A stretch of DNA of 64,000 bases from a virus (IMGVR_UViG_3300012347_000377:192001-256000), one strand, 5' to 3'. Numbered from the stretch's first letter, positions 31,290 through 41,607 are shown. Notes: generated by a model from the letters alone, not told the origin. A program made the numbers and translations.

Positions 31290-31914
31290 TATAAGTTACG
31301 CAATAACGGTTTGTAATGAGTTAGAAGAAATAATTAAATTACTAAACTTTTTACAATTACACATAAGACCAGAAGATGAAATTGTAATTCAATATGATTC
31401 ATCATCTGCTACTCAAGAAGTAAAGGAATATTTGAATGTAATGGATATGATGCGAGATGATCATAAAGTGATTTCGTTTCCACTTAATAATGATTTTGCA
31501 ACATTCAAAAATAATTTAAAATCATATTGCACAAAGGATTACATATTTCAAATTGATGCAGATGAAATTCCACACGAAGCCTTAATTGAATATTTACCAC
31601 AAGTTTTAGAAACGAATCCCGTAGATGTAGTTTTTGTTCCTCGTATCAATACCGTTGAAGGATTAACTCAATCTCATATTCAAAAATGGGGTTGGAATGT
31701 AAATGATAAAGGATGGGTAAACTTTCCTGATTATCAATTAAGAATCTATAAAAGAACCGATGATGTAGTGTGGATGAATAAAGTCCACGAAACAATTACA
31801 GGTTATACCACATTTTCAAATTTCCCAATGGAAGAACATTGGTGTTTATACCATCCTAAAGAAATTCAAAGACAAGAAAAACAAAACGATTATTACGAAA
31901 CAATTCAAAGATGA
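31282..31914 (+). CDS. GT-A (GT2-like) glycosyltransferase
   Basis: ITVCNE, IDADE DxD motif, VHE. Confidence 0.88.
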   Translation: MISISYAITVCNELEEIIKLLNFLQLHIRPEDEIVIQYDSSSATQEVKEYLNVMDMMRDDHKVISFPLNNDFATFKNNLKSYCTKDYIFQIDADEIPHEALIEYLPQVLETNPVDVVFVPRINTVEGLTQSHIQKWGWNVNDKGWVNFPDYQLRIYKRTDDVVWMNKVHETITGYTTFSNFPMEEHWCLYHPKEIQRQEKQNDYYETIQR

Positions 31915-32654
31915 GTAAAAATATAATCTTTATACCGGCATATAATGGATTTAATACTCAATTACCAGAATGTATTGAATCATGGAAATGGTATTGTAAA
32001 AAATGGAATATTGAGTTAATTCTTGCAAATGAAAAAAGAGAATACGATTTTGAGCCATGGGGAAATGGATGTTTCGAACCCTGGTTTGATGAACGTTTGG
32101 TTGAATTAGATTATGATAAAGTTTTAATCGTAGATGCCGATACTATGGTTAGATGGGATACTCCAAACGTTTTTGAAGAATGTAAGGATTACGAAATGTG
32201 TGTAGTTGCAGATGCAGGTGGTGAATATTCCGGTTATCGTCATTTACAACAATGGATTAGAATTAATCCTGATATAAAAACTCCTGCAGATAAATACTTT
32301 AACACAGGTTTTGTATTCTTATCAAAAGAGAAATATTTAGCAATCAGAGAACAAATGCCTAAGTATTATGATTATTGGTCATTCTTCTACAAAATAGGTC
32401 CATCTGGTCCTAATGCATGTGAACAAACTCCAGTTAATATAATAGCATATGATTTATTTCCAAACGAAATTCATCATTTAGAATATATTTGGAATAATAT
32501 GGTCATGCATGAGTATGAGGACGGTTCATTTGTAAACGATTCATACATCTGGCATTTCACAGGTCCTAAAATGGGTGGCCATACCAATAAACGAAACATC
32601 ATAAAACAAATTTGGAATCATATTAAAAATTATTATGGAAAAACTACCAATTAG
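31911..32654 (+). CDS. GT-A (GT8-like) glycosyltransferase
   Basis: VDADT, YFNTG, EQT, HFTG. Confidence 0.85.
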   Translation: MSKNIIFIPAYNGFNTQLPECIESWKWYCKKWNIELILANEKREYDFEPWGNGCFEPWFDERLVELDYDKVLIVDADTMVRWDTPNVFEECKDYEMCVVADAGGEYSGYRHLQQWIRINPDIKTPADKYFNTGFVFLSKEKYLAIREQMPKYYDYWSFFYKIGPSGPNACEQTPVNIIAYDLFPNEIHHLEYIWNNMVMHEYEDGSFVNDSYIWHFTGPKMGGHTNKRNIIKQIWNHIKNYYGKTTN

Positions 32655-33375
32655 TATAGGAATCTTAGCTTGGAATTCAGGACAAGTCCTTGTAGATACT
32701 CTAACAACTTATTATAACAATGGGTTATTAGATATGGTAAATGATGTTACGATTTTGTTTCAAGAAGTATCTGAAGAAGATATTAAAATCGCATCACATT
32801 TTGGAATTGATTGTATTGGTTTACAACAAAATATAGGTATTGGTAAAGGATTCAAACGATTAACTGAAAATGCACAAACTGATTATGTTTTAATTTTAGA
32901 GCACGATTGGAATTTGGTTGAAGATAAAGAAACTACATATAAAACATTAGAAAGTAGTTATAAAGCAATTGAAGATGGGTTAGATGTAGTTCGTCTAAGA
33001 CATAGAACAAATCCCGGTTATCCACATTTTTCATTTCAATATAGAGGTAGAGAATTGGAATATTATGATGATTGGCATGAATTGACATCACCGCATCTTT
33101 TAGATTCAGTTCATTGGTGTGAACCAGATGTTAGATTTCCAGATCAAATTCAAAAATCTGAAGATATGTTTTATACCACCTCTCGTTATGGCAATTGGAC
33201 AAATAATCCATGTTTATATAAAAAACAATTTTATTTAGATACAATTGAACCATTTATGGGTGAGGGTATTGATTTAGAACGAAAAATTGCATATTGGTGG
33301 CCAAGACAAGATTTCAAAGTTGGGCACAACGAAGGATTATTCAAACATAACGATTGGCAAAAATACGGAAGATAA
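32635..33375 (+). CDS. GT-A (GT2-like) glycosyltransferase
   Basis: NIGIG, LEHDW, WTNNP. Confidence 0.75.
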   Translation: MEKLPISIGILAWNSGQVLVDTLTTYYNNGLLDMVNDVTILFQEVSEEDIKIASHFGIDCIGLQQNIGIGKGFKRLTENAQTDYVLILEHDWNLVEDKETTYKTLESSYKAIEDGLDVVRLRHRTNPGYPHFSFQYRGRELEYYDDWHELTSPHLLDSVHWCEPDVRFPDQIQKSEDMFYTTSRYGNWTNNPCLYKKQFYLDTIEPFMGEGIDLERKIAYWWPRQDFKVGHNEGLFKHNDWQKYGR

Positions 33376-34166
33376 TGGAATATACGATAGTAGGATGTAT
33401 AACTAATTATGGAGTTGACGATGTAAAACCATTTGTAGAATCAATTGAACAAAGTGGTTATAAGGGTAAGAAATTGATGTTAGTGTATGATATAACATCT
33501 GACACGATTGAATATCTTAAAAGTAAAGGATGGGATTTATATGGTTCACAATTAGAACAACATATAATAGTTCAGAGATTTAGAGATATGTATGTTTTAT
33601 TGCAATCTTTACAAACTGATGTAATTATATGGTGTGATGTGAAAGACATTATATTTCAAAAAAATCCAACTGAATGGTTAGATAAACATATGAAAGGTGA
33701 TATACTTGCTTTTTCAGAATCATTAATATTTAATCACGATGCTTGGGCACATATAAATGCAGGAACATCTTTTCCAATAGAATGGGAATGGTTGAAGTTT
33801 GAAGAAATATATTGTGCAGGAACTATCGTAGGTAGAAAAGATGCTATTAAAGATTTATTCATTGATATTTACCGATGGTCATTGACAACTTCAAATCCAG
33901 GACAATTAGCAGACCAAGCAGCATATAATATTTTATTAAGATTACACCAATTTAAAGATAAAGTGCAGTTTGTAAAACAACAAGAAGGATTTGCTGCACA
34001 ATTACATTTAAAAATTAAATTTGATAAACAACATTTATGTAGTGAAGACCTTGCTACTATTCAAAATGGAATTGTCACAACTACCGATGGTGAACTATTT
34101 ACAATAGTCCATCAGTATGATAGAGATTTAGAACTTAAAAAATTAATCCAAAACAGATACAAATGA
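33375..34166 (+). CDS. GT-A glycosyltransferase-like protein (start revised to ATG 33375)
   Basis: RF..CDVKDIIFQ.NP, CAGTI.G, DQAAYN, VHQYDR. Confidence 0.75.
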   Translation: MEYTIVGCITNYGVDDVKPFVESIEQSGYKGKKLMLVYDITSDTIEYLKSKGWDLYGSQLEQHIIVQRFRDMYVLLQSLQTDVIIWCDVKDIIFQKNPTEWLDKHMKGDILAFSESLIFNHDAWAHINAGTSFPIEWEWLKFEEIYCAGTIVGRKDAIKDLFIDIYRWSLTTSNPGQLADQAAYNILLRLHQFKDKVQFVKQQEGFAAQLHLKIKFDKQHLCSEDLATIQNGIVTTTDGELFTIVHQYDRDLELKKLIQNRYK

Positions 34167-35056
34167 ATATAGTATTATCAACGTTTATATTACCACATGA
34201 AATTGATGATTTAGAGCAAGTTCTTTTACAATTAAAAAAATCATCATTGTTATTGGATTCTAAAATTGATTTTTCAATTGATGTAGCAATGACAATTGCA
34301 GATGATATGATTGATTGGAAAAAATCATCACTACCAAAGGGTTATTTTTTAGATAGATTATTAAAATTATCGTTTCAAACTGATTGGTGTAGTAAAACAT
34401 TCAATGCAAGTGAAACCATTAAGGGATGTATATCACATAAAAGAGATGTATTATCGAGATATGAAGATGCTGATTATTTTATTTGGTTAGATAGTGATAT
34501 TGTTTTTGATGAAAGAACTTTAGCGTATATGATTACCAGTCTAAATACTTTATTAGAATACGATTATACAATTGTAACTCCTGAGATTGTTAAACTTTGG
34601 GATACAACTTGGGATTGTTTAGTTAATGAGAAATTTTTAGATAAACCTTTAAATTACCACTTAACTAATGATCCATATAAAGATAGTGGCGTGAAGGGTG
34701 AAGTTTCGTTGGAATCTGTATCAAACAATGTACCAGAGCAACCATCATATAAATTTGCAGGAGGTTGGTTTACCGCTATTAGTGCTAAATTATTAAATCG
34801 AATTGGTATACCAGAATCATTTGGTCACTATGGCCCTGCAGATGATACATTTATTATGTGGGCATCTGAAAAAATATCAAAAATAGACAACAACCCTGTT
34901 AGACAATTTAAATTAAAAAACTTAGTTGTTTGTGAAAATTACAAATACAGAAATCAAGGACACTATATAAACTATATGAGTATATTCAACCGAAAGGATG
35001 AATTTAAGAAAATAGCAACCTCAAATTTAATAGAAGAATTCAATAAACTCACTTAA
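34163..35056 (+). CDS. GT-A (GT2-like) glycosyltransferase
   Basis: IWLDSDI DxD motif, GGWF, HYGPADD. Confidence 0.75.
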   Translation: MNIVLSTFILPHEIDDLEQVLLQLKKSSLLLDSKIDFSIDVAMTIADDMIDWKKSSLPKGYFLDRLLKLSFQTDWCSKTFNASETIKGCISHKRDVLSRYEDADYFIWLDSDIVFDERTLAYMITSLNTLLEYDYTIVTPEIVKLWDTTWDCLVNEKFLDKPLNYHLTNDPYKDSGVKGEVSLESVSNNVPEQPSYKFAGGWFTAISAKLLNRIGIPESFGHYGPADDTFIMWASEKISKIDNNPVRQFKLKNLVVCENYKYRNQGHYINYMSIFNRKDEFKKIATSNLIEEFNKLT

Positions 35057-35070
35057 TAGTGAGTTTTTTG
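35045..35070 (+). terminator. Rho-independent terminator ending the glycosyltransferase island
   Basis: AAACTCACT-TAAT-AGTGAGTTT 9-bp stem followed by T-rich tract. Confidence 0.85.
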
Positions 35071-35081
35071 TTTTTAAATGA

Positions 35082-35090
35082 ATATTTATA
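35082..35090 (+). promoter_or_regulatory. Putative late-promoter motif ATATTTATA (exported-protein cluster)
   Basis: Directly after terminator, 75 nt before gene start. Confidence 0.6.
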
Positions 35091-35164
35091 TTTACAATTT
35101 ACAAAATGTTATATAAATCTGTTTCATAAATAAAGGTTACCCTAATCCACTAACAGGAGGTAAC

Positions 35165-35665
35165 GTGAAATACGGTCTATTAAATTTAATTAAAATATTT
35201 TGCATCTGCACAATATTAATATTTGTATCAGATTCATCTCAAGAAGGGAAAAAAATCAAAATTGGTGAAATAACTAATGAAATTCGATTGGGCCCATTTG
35301 CCGGACAACGTAATATGGCAGTGGGTGTGAAGAATATATTAGAAGAATTGTTTCAAGATTTAGATTATCAATTAACTCCCGATGCGGAGGATGAAATAAC
35401 AATCCGTTTAGTATTTTTTGATGTAAAGAATATCGGTCAAAATATCGGTATTTATCACAATGATGTGTCTTTAACTGAAATCATTGCAATTGGTGAATTA
35501 AGAAGAAATGGTAAAGTTATACGAAAAACAACTCAAAAAGGTCAAAGTAAAGAAATTTCAACTTCTACTTTGATAGTTGCAGAGGATGGTTCATTTAATC
35601 AACAAACAGCAAGTATAGCACTTAAAAAAGTATGTGAAAACATAGTAAAGGATTTAACAAAATGA
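35165..35665 (+). CDS. Exported protein, CsgG/TolB-N-like alpha/beta domain
   Basis: N-terminal hydrophobic segment; GVKNILEE.. and ..QQTASIALKK.CENIV helices parallel the 42117 protein. Confidence 0.55.
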   Translation: MKYGLLNLIKIFCICTILIFVSDSSQEGKKIKIGEITNEIRLGPFAGQRNMAVGVKNILEELFQDLDYQLTPDAEDEITIRLVFFDVKNIGQNIGIYHNDVSLTEIIAIGELRRNGKVIRKTTQKGQSKEISTSTLIVAEDGSFNQQTASIALKKVCENIVKDLTK

Positions 35666-37314
35666 AAAAACTAATTTTATTTTTAGGGATATTTTTAATA
35701 TCACTATCTTCATTCGCTCAATTGACAATAAGTCAATCATTAACACCTACTGCAGGTTTGAAAGTTGGGGATACTATTACTGTCAAATATAATCTAATAA
35801 AAGGACAAGTGATTAAGAATCCTCGTTATCTTTGGTTTAGATACCAGTATAATAATAAAGCATTAACTTATGTATCTACTACATTTAATCAAGGAACATC
35901 TGCACAAACATTTTATACCGGTTGGAGTAATTATAAATTTACTTTCAATGGTGGTGCAAGTGATAATGATTTGAATGTTCAGTATGGATTAACTCCGTGG
36001 AATTATGCATCAAACGCAGATTGGAACGTTGGACAATTAACGGTTCAAAGAGCAGATGCATCTATTAGTGGTTTAATTGCTACTCAAAAATATATTCTAA
36101 AAGACCAAAATACTTACAACAATATATTCAAAATAGATTTAGCAACTGGTACTGATACTACTGGTGCAAATGTTGGAACTATCTATGGTGGAGGTTCATC
36201 ATCTATAACAGGTGTAACTGGTAATACATCTCAATTTAAAGTAAAAGTTCTATATCCGCAAGGATACAACATTACTGATCATAGTGTTCAATTGATGAAT
36301 TTGAAATCGGATGGAAGCGGAGATATAGATTGGTCACGAGCTCCTATTGCTCAATTACCATTGGATGCAACGGGTGAGGCTTTATTCACAACACAAGTTA
36401 AGGTTGGTGATTCAGTTGGTGTATTTGTAGGAGCAGCATTCCAAAAAAGTTGGATGAATAATATTGTGACAGTGTCAGATGCATATAAAGCATTTTTAGG
36501 ACATTCGCAAACTGATATTAGTGGAACTTCAAACTTCTTTACATTACCTGCGTTGGAAAAGAAAGTTGGTAAAGTTAGTTTAGGTAATACTACATTTGGA
36601 GAAGCAGATTCATATGCGTTATTTGCACATGTAATGGGACAAGATGTATCATCAACTGCTATGATTCCAACATCAACTTCATCATCAGTAAGATGGTATA
36701 GTGGTTTATTAAATCAAAATTGGTTGGATGGTGTTGTTAAAAACAGAGTAGTAATCACACAACCAATACAAGAAGTTTATGCAGTATTTGCTTGGGGTGG
36801 AGATTTAAACTGGTCTCATTCATCAGACCCAGCAGTAATTGCAACTAAAATATCAGCAGGACAATTTACAAACGCAGTAAGTAATAAAACTACAAACGGA
36901 ATTAAATCTATGAGTAGTGTTCCAATGGCTTATCAAACTCTAGCAGTAGAAAAAGCAACATTAGGTATAGCATCTAAATTGGAAAATGGTAAAGTAATAT
37001 TAACAACTACGTTGACAAAAGCAGAATTAGCTGGATTACAAGTAGTAATGAATTACGATGAATCAAAATTAAATTTGGATAATGTGATATTTGATACTGG
37101 TAATACAATTACAAACTTCTCTACACATGAAAATGGTAGATTAACATTTGGTTCAATTGACCAATTAAAAACTGCAAGAATTAAAGTGGGAACACCATAT
37201 AAGTTAGTATTCACACCAAAAACAACATTAACAAATACTGCTGGATTATTTTACTTCGTTCTATCGGATGCAGTGGATTCTAAAGGTAATAAAATCGATT
37301 TAATAGTTGAATAA
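35662..37314 (+). CDS. Secreted protein with cohesin-like domains and degenerate dockerin-like region
   Basis: Signal peptide SSFA|Q; KVGDTITV..YQYNNKAL and LAGLQVVMNYDESKL cohesin patterns; IVTVSDAY...EADSY. Confidence 0.65.
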   Translation: MKKLILFLGIFLISLSSFAQLTISQSLTPTAGLKVGDTITVKYNLIKGQVIKNPRYLWFRYQYNNKALTYVSTTFNQGTSAQTFYTGWSNYKFTFNGGASDNDLNVQYGLTPWNYASNADWNVGQLTVQRADASISGLIATQKYILKDQNTYNNIFKIDLATGTDTTGANVGTIYGGGSSSITGVTGNTSQFKVKVLYPQGYNITDHSVQLMNLKSDGSGDIDWSRAPIAQLPLDATGEALFTTQVKVGDSVGVFVGAAFQKSWMNNIVTVSDAYKAFLGHSQTDISGTSNFFTLPALEKKVGKVSLGNTTFGEADSYALFAHVMGQDVSSTAMIPTSTSSSVRWYSGLLNQNWLDGVVKNRVVITQPIQEVYAVFAWGGDLNWSHSSDPAVIATKISAGQFTNAVSNKTTNGIKSMSSVPMAYQTLAVEKATLGIASKLENGKVILTTTLTKAELAGLQVVMNYDESKLNLDNVIFDTGNTITNFSTHENGRLTFGSIDQLKTARIKVGTPYKLVFTPKTTLTNTAGLFYFVLSDAVDSKGNKIDLIVE

Positions 37315-37320
37315 AATATT

Positions 37321-39612
37321 ATGAAAAAAATAGTTACATTTTTATTAATACTAATATCATTTATAGGGTTCGGACAGAGTGTATCTGCTCCGGACTCTAA
37401 ATCATTTACACAATCCACATCTGGACAAGATGGTAGTGGGTTTTCATTAAATGGATTTAACTCAACAGATGTATTACTTGCATCAATTAGTTTGGTAAAT
37501 CCACCAAGTGGAACAACCTTTTATTTGAGTAGTTATAATGGATTAACTGCTGCAAGTGGATTTACATTGACAGGAAATAAGACTCGTTTGGTAATAACCG
37601 GAACAATGAGTAATATTAATACTGCCTTAGCATCCCTAAAAATAAACACAGGTTCAGTAAAAGGAAATGTTTTATTATCAGTAGCAGCAACGGTCAATCC
37701 AACTGGATATTTTTACAATGGTGTAAATGGTCACTTTTATAGACCAATATCAATGGGAAACACTTATACAGGTGCAAGAACTGCAGCATTAAATACAACA
37801 TTCAAAGGCCAACAAGGATATTTAGTGACGATAACTTCTGCTGATGAAGATGCATTTATTTACAATAATGTTCCTCAATCTCAAATATGGTTTGCATTAA
37901 CCGATGAGGTGGTAGAAGGTCAATGGAGAATTGATGCAGGACCTGAAAAGGGAACTCTAATCAAAACATCAAATGGTCAAACTGCCGGAAATATATCCGG
38001 TCAATACAACAATTGGGCGGGTGGTGAACCAAACAATAGTGGTAATGAGGATTATGCAGTAACAAAGTGGAATGGAACTCAATGGAATGATTTACCCAAT
38101 CAGTTCAATTGTCCTTATGTAATTGAATATGGAACTTGGTCTAACCCCGATGATGCAACATTTACAGAATTTTATACTAATTCAGTATCACATTCAAATG
38201 GGGAAGTTTTAACTGCTAAATTTAATATTGATTTTGGTGGTAATGTAGATGAAACCAAATTTTCAGCAAAAGCAAACACATATGTAAATAATGTATGGGG
38301 AGTAACAACCAACACATCAAGGGCAATAAGTGGATTAGGTAAAGTTGATTTAACAAATGATTTAGATGTAGTTAAATTAGATGGTAATGGTGTAAAAGCA
38401 ACCACAACTACTGGTGGAGTAGAATGGTGTGTAATATATGATTATGATGTAACCAATCAACGATACAGAATTGGTATAGATAGTAGAGAAGTGAATGGTA
38501 TTCTTTCAAACCCATCTACAATTAGTAGTTTACAATTATTTGATTTATGGAATGGACCTGTAACATTTAATTCGTATGACCCAAATGGGTGGACAGAAGT
38601 TTATGTTTATACTCAAACTCAATTTAACTTTTCTGGTTCATCTTTTGCATCATTTATTAGAGCAGGAAATGGTGCATATGGTTTAAGAGCTGAATTCACA
38701 TTTTCACCTATTCAAAATTATAAACAACATGGTATTGATATAATCGCTAATAACCAAACGGAACTAAACAATCTATACAATAGTATTGTAACTGTAACGG
38801 ATGTTTATTTGGCATTTAAGGAATTATCAAATGGTGGAATATTTGGAAACGAGAGTGGATTAGAATTTACATCAGGTTTACAATATATGAACGCAGATGT
38901 AGATGGTAATGGAGTATTCAATGAAACAGATACTTACAAATTATTACAACATCTAACAGGTGTTCAACCACTTACACAATATTCGGCATTGACTTATTTG
39001 ATGAAACTTTATAGTAAATCAGATTATGATGCAATAACCAAATCAAATTGGAATACACAATTCAATTTAACAAGAAGTTTGTATCCATTTAATTTGAATA
39101 GTGGAGTATTGAATAATACCTACAATGTGAATGTAACTTGGTTAGGTGATGTAAACTTATCACATTCTGCACAACAAACCCAAAGTAGTATTGCAAGTAA
39201 TTCAATGAGAACAATGAGTTTATCAACTCAATCGGTTTCTAATCAAATCAACGCATATCTAATGGGTGAAAATGTTGGTGGTAAATTAATAGTAACGATT
39301 TCAGTAGACCCATTACAACAAGAATTAGTAGGAACTCAATTTAATTTAAACTATGATAATACTACTCTAAAATTTGAAAAGGTAGAATTCACTACAAAGG
39401 GAACACCTATCAATTTTGGAACTGATAGAGATACATACATAACATTGGGTTCATTAATAACAGATGGTTCAACTACATTAGATAAAAAAACTGAATATAA
39501 AATAACATTCTTACCTCTAATGGGATTACATAGTATATTGGGATTGACTTCGATTTCAAATACCGATGCAGTAAGTAAGAATGGAACACAATTAAAAGTA
39601 AAGGTGAATTAA
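37321..39612 (+). CDS. Secreted C-type lectin + dockerin-like + cohesin-like protein
   Basis: Signal GFG|Q; NGHFY, GYLVTITS, WAGGEPNN, WND lectin motifs; ADVDGNGVFNETD EF-hand; GTQFNLNYD cohesin. Confidence 0.78.
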   Translation: MKKIVTFLLILISFIGFGQSVSAPDSKSFTQSTSGQDGSGFSLNGFNSTDVLLASISLVNPPSGTTFYLSSYNGLTAASGFTLTGNKTRLVITGTMSNINTALASLKINTGSVKGNVLLSVAATVNPTGYFYNGVNGHFYRPISMGNTYTGARTAALNTTFKGQQGYLVTITSADEDAFIYNNVPQSQIWFALTDEVVEGQWRIDAGPEKGTLIKTSNGQTAGNISGQYNNWAGGEPNNSGNEDYAVTKWNGTQWNDLPNQFNCPYVIEYGTWSNPDDATFTEFYTNSVSHSNGEVLTAKFNIDFGGNVDETKFSAKANTYVNNVWGVTTNTSRAISGLGKVDLTNDLDVVKLDGNGVKATTTTGGVEWCVIYDYDVTNQRYRIGIDSREVNGILSNPSTISSLQLFDLWNGPVTFNSYDPNGWTEVYVYTQTQFNFSGSSFASFIRAGNGAYGLRAEFTFSPIQNYKQHGIDIIANNQTELNNLYNSIVTVTDVYLAFKELSNGGIFGNESGLEFTSGLQYMNADVDGNGVFNETDTYKLLQHLTGVQPLTQYSALTYLMKLYSKSDYDAITKSNWNTQFNLTRSLYPFNLNSGVLNNTYNVNVTWLGDVNLSHSAQQTQSSIASNSMRTMSLSTQSVSNQINAYLMGENVGGKLIVTISVDPLQQELVGTQFNLNYDNTTLKFEKVEFTTKGTPINFGTDRDTYITLGSLITDGSTTLDKKTEYKITFLPLMGLHSILGLTSISNTDAVSKNGTQLKVKVN

Positions 39613-39953
39613 TGAAAAAGATAATATTAATATCATTGATTTTATTGGCAGGATGTAGTAAACCAGATTTACCAACTCCAACTATGCCAATTGAAAAAAT
39701 ATTTGATGTAGGTGAAAGTAAAGTATTAAATGGTCAATCTATACACTTTGATTTACCATCGGCAGGAACATATACATTAACTTTAATGGATAAAGAAAGT
39801 GGGCAGGTAATTAGTAGAGAACGATTTATTGGTCAATATGGAGAAAATGTAAAGAAAATATACACTAAATCAATTTCAGTTAAATACTTATATTTGATAT
39901 TAGAAGACGTTACTAAAAAAGAAATAAGTAAAACAACGATAATAATCAATTAG
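39612..39953 (+). CDS. Lipoprotein with Ig-like (T9SS sorting-domain-like) fold
   Basis: Lipobox LAGC; YTLTLMD..GQVI..GEN..IYT pattern. Confidence 0.65.
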   Translation: MKKIILISLILLAGCSKPDLPTPTMPIEKIFDVGESKVLNGQSIHFDLPSAGTYTLTLMDKESGQVISRERFIGQYGENVKKIYTKSISVKYLYLILEDVTKKEISKTTIIIN

Positions 39954-39962
39954 GAGAAACAA

Positions 39963-40331
39963 ATGAAAAAAATATTTACACTGGTATTTGTTACTGCAAT
40001 TTTAGTAGGATGCTCAAAGGAGGATATATTACCAACACCTCAAGTTGTATCCGAAGAACTTAAAATGACAAGTTCAGTAGGTATTAAATTACAAACACCA
40101 TTTGTAACATCGGAAGTTGCAATGAATGTTAAAACCGAAACTTCAGGATCGGTAACAATAAAAATATTTGATATTGCAAATAGAGTAGTATCAAAAGAAA
40201 CTATGAATGTGGTGGCTGGAGATAATATACTTAAAGTATATACATCTGCATTACCATCATCTGCATATAGAATCGGATTATTCGATTCAAATGGTAATCA
40301 ATTAGGGATTACAGATTTTAACAAACTATAA
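39963..40331 (+). CDS. Lipoprotein resembling a stand-alone T9SS type A sorting domain
   Basis: Lipobox LVGC followed by SKED; VTIKIFDIANRVV..GDN..SALPSSAYRI..FNKL. Confidence 0.7.
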   Translation: MKKIFTLVFVTAILVGCSKEDILPTPQVVSEELKMTSSVGIKLQTPFVTSEVAMNVKTETSGSVTIKIFDIANRVVSKETMNVVAGDNILKVYTSALPSSAYRIGLFDSNGNQLGITDFNKL

Positions 40332-40354
40332 TTTAAAAATGAAGGAATAAAATT

Positions 40355-41212
40355 ATGTTACTAAAAAAAGGAGATAATAACGAGAATGTAAAATTATTAC
40401 AGAAAAAACTCGGATTAGAACCAGTAGGTAATTTCGGTCCAAAAACCGAAGAAGCTGTAAAAGCATTTCAAAAGAAGAATGGATTAACGGCAGATGGTAT
40501 TGTAGGTGATGGGACATGGGGTAAAATCATGGGAACTACATCAACACCTGCACCAGCAGTGAATCCAACACCAGCCCCACAACCATCCAAACCTGCACCA
40601 CAAGTAGCAGGATTAAAATTGGATAAACTTAAAGGTCACGTTCCTCAAGTTGTAATTGATTCAATACCAGAAGTTGCTTCTAAATTTGGAATCAATACTC
40701 CATTAAGAGTTGCACACTTTTTGGCACAATGTGGACATGAGAGTGGTGGATTTAAAGTAACTCAAGAAAATCTAAATTATTCTGCAAAAGGATTGAGAGG
40801 TATATTTAAAAAATATTTCCCAACTGATGCTATAGCAAATGCATATCAAAGAAATCCACAAAAGATTGCGAACAAAGTTTATTCAAACCGAATGGGTAAT
40901 GGTTCAGAAGCAAGTGGAGAAGGATATAAGTTTAGAGGCAGAGGATACATTCAATTGACAGGTAAAGAAAACTACACTGCATTCGGTAAGTCAATCGGTG
41001 TAGATATTCCATCTAATCCAGATTTAGTTGCTACAACTTATGCATTGGCATCAGCAGCATGGTTCTTTTCAAAGAACGGATTACATAGAATTGCAGATGA
41101 AGGTGCAAGTGATGTAGTTGTAACTAAAATCACAAAAAGAGTAAATGGTGGGACAATTGGCTTACCAGATAGAATCAAGCATTTTAAAGAGTATTATCAT
41201 TTATTATCATAA
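40355..41212 (+). CDS. Endolysin: peptidoglycan-binding domain + GH19 lysozyme
   Basis: FGPKTEEAVKAFQ..GLTADGIVG PG-binding; AHFLAQCGHES, ENLNYS, RGRGYIQLTG, VNGG. Confidence 0.93.
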   Translation: MLLKKGDNNENVKLLQKKLGLEPVGNFGPKTEEAVKAFQKKNGLTADGIVGDGTWGKIMGTTSTPAPAVNPTPAPQPSKPAPQVAGLKLDKLKGHVPQVVIDSIPEVASKFGINTPLRVAHFLAQCGHESGGFKVTQENLNYSAKGLRGIFKKYFPTDAIANAYQRNPQKIANKVYSNRMGNGSEASGEGYKFRGRGYIQLTGKENYTAFGKSIGVDIPSNPDLVATTYALASAAWFFSKNGLHRIADEGASDVVVTKITKRVNGGTIGLPDRIKHFKEYYHLLS

Positions 41213-41224
41213 GGAGAACAAACA

Positions 41225-41533
41225 ATGGCAGAAGAACAAGAAAATGGTGGTGGAACATCACTTAAAAGTATTTTAATCGGTTTAGTGAGCACAATTACAA
41301 TTGCAGTTGGTGGATTTATTACTAACAAATTAACTGGCGAAGGTGGAAACGAACCTGCTCCGGTACAACAAGCAGCACCTGTAATTAATATTACAAACTC
41401 TAACCAACAACAACAAAGTGCTGGAAAGACAGTAATTATTAAAGAAAAGGCTGCACCTGCATCTGCAAGTGGTAATCAAGCAAAACCAGTTGAAAAAGCA
41501 AAACCAAAAGAAAAAGAAGACGAAGAGTGGTAA
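41225..41533 (+). CDS. Single-pass membrane protein with Gln/Pro/Lys-rich tail
   Basis: Hydrophobic ILIGLVSTITIAVGGF; AGGAG upstream. Confidence 0.7.
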   Translation: MAEEQENGGGTSLKSILIGLVSTITIAVGGFITNKLTGEGGNEPAPVQQAAPVINITNSNQQQQSAGKTVIIKEKAAPASASGNQAKPVEKAKPKEKEDEEW

Positions 41534-41607
41534 AATAAAAAATAAAGGTTGTATTAATTGTTTCATAGAGGGGTTATGGTAAATAAATAAAAAAGGAGAA
41601 ACAAATA

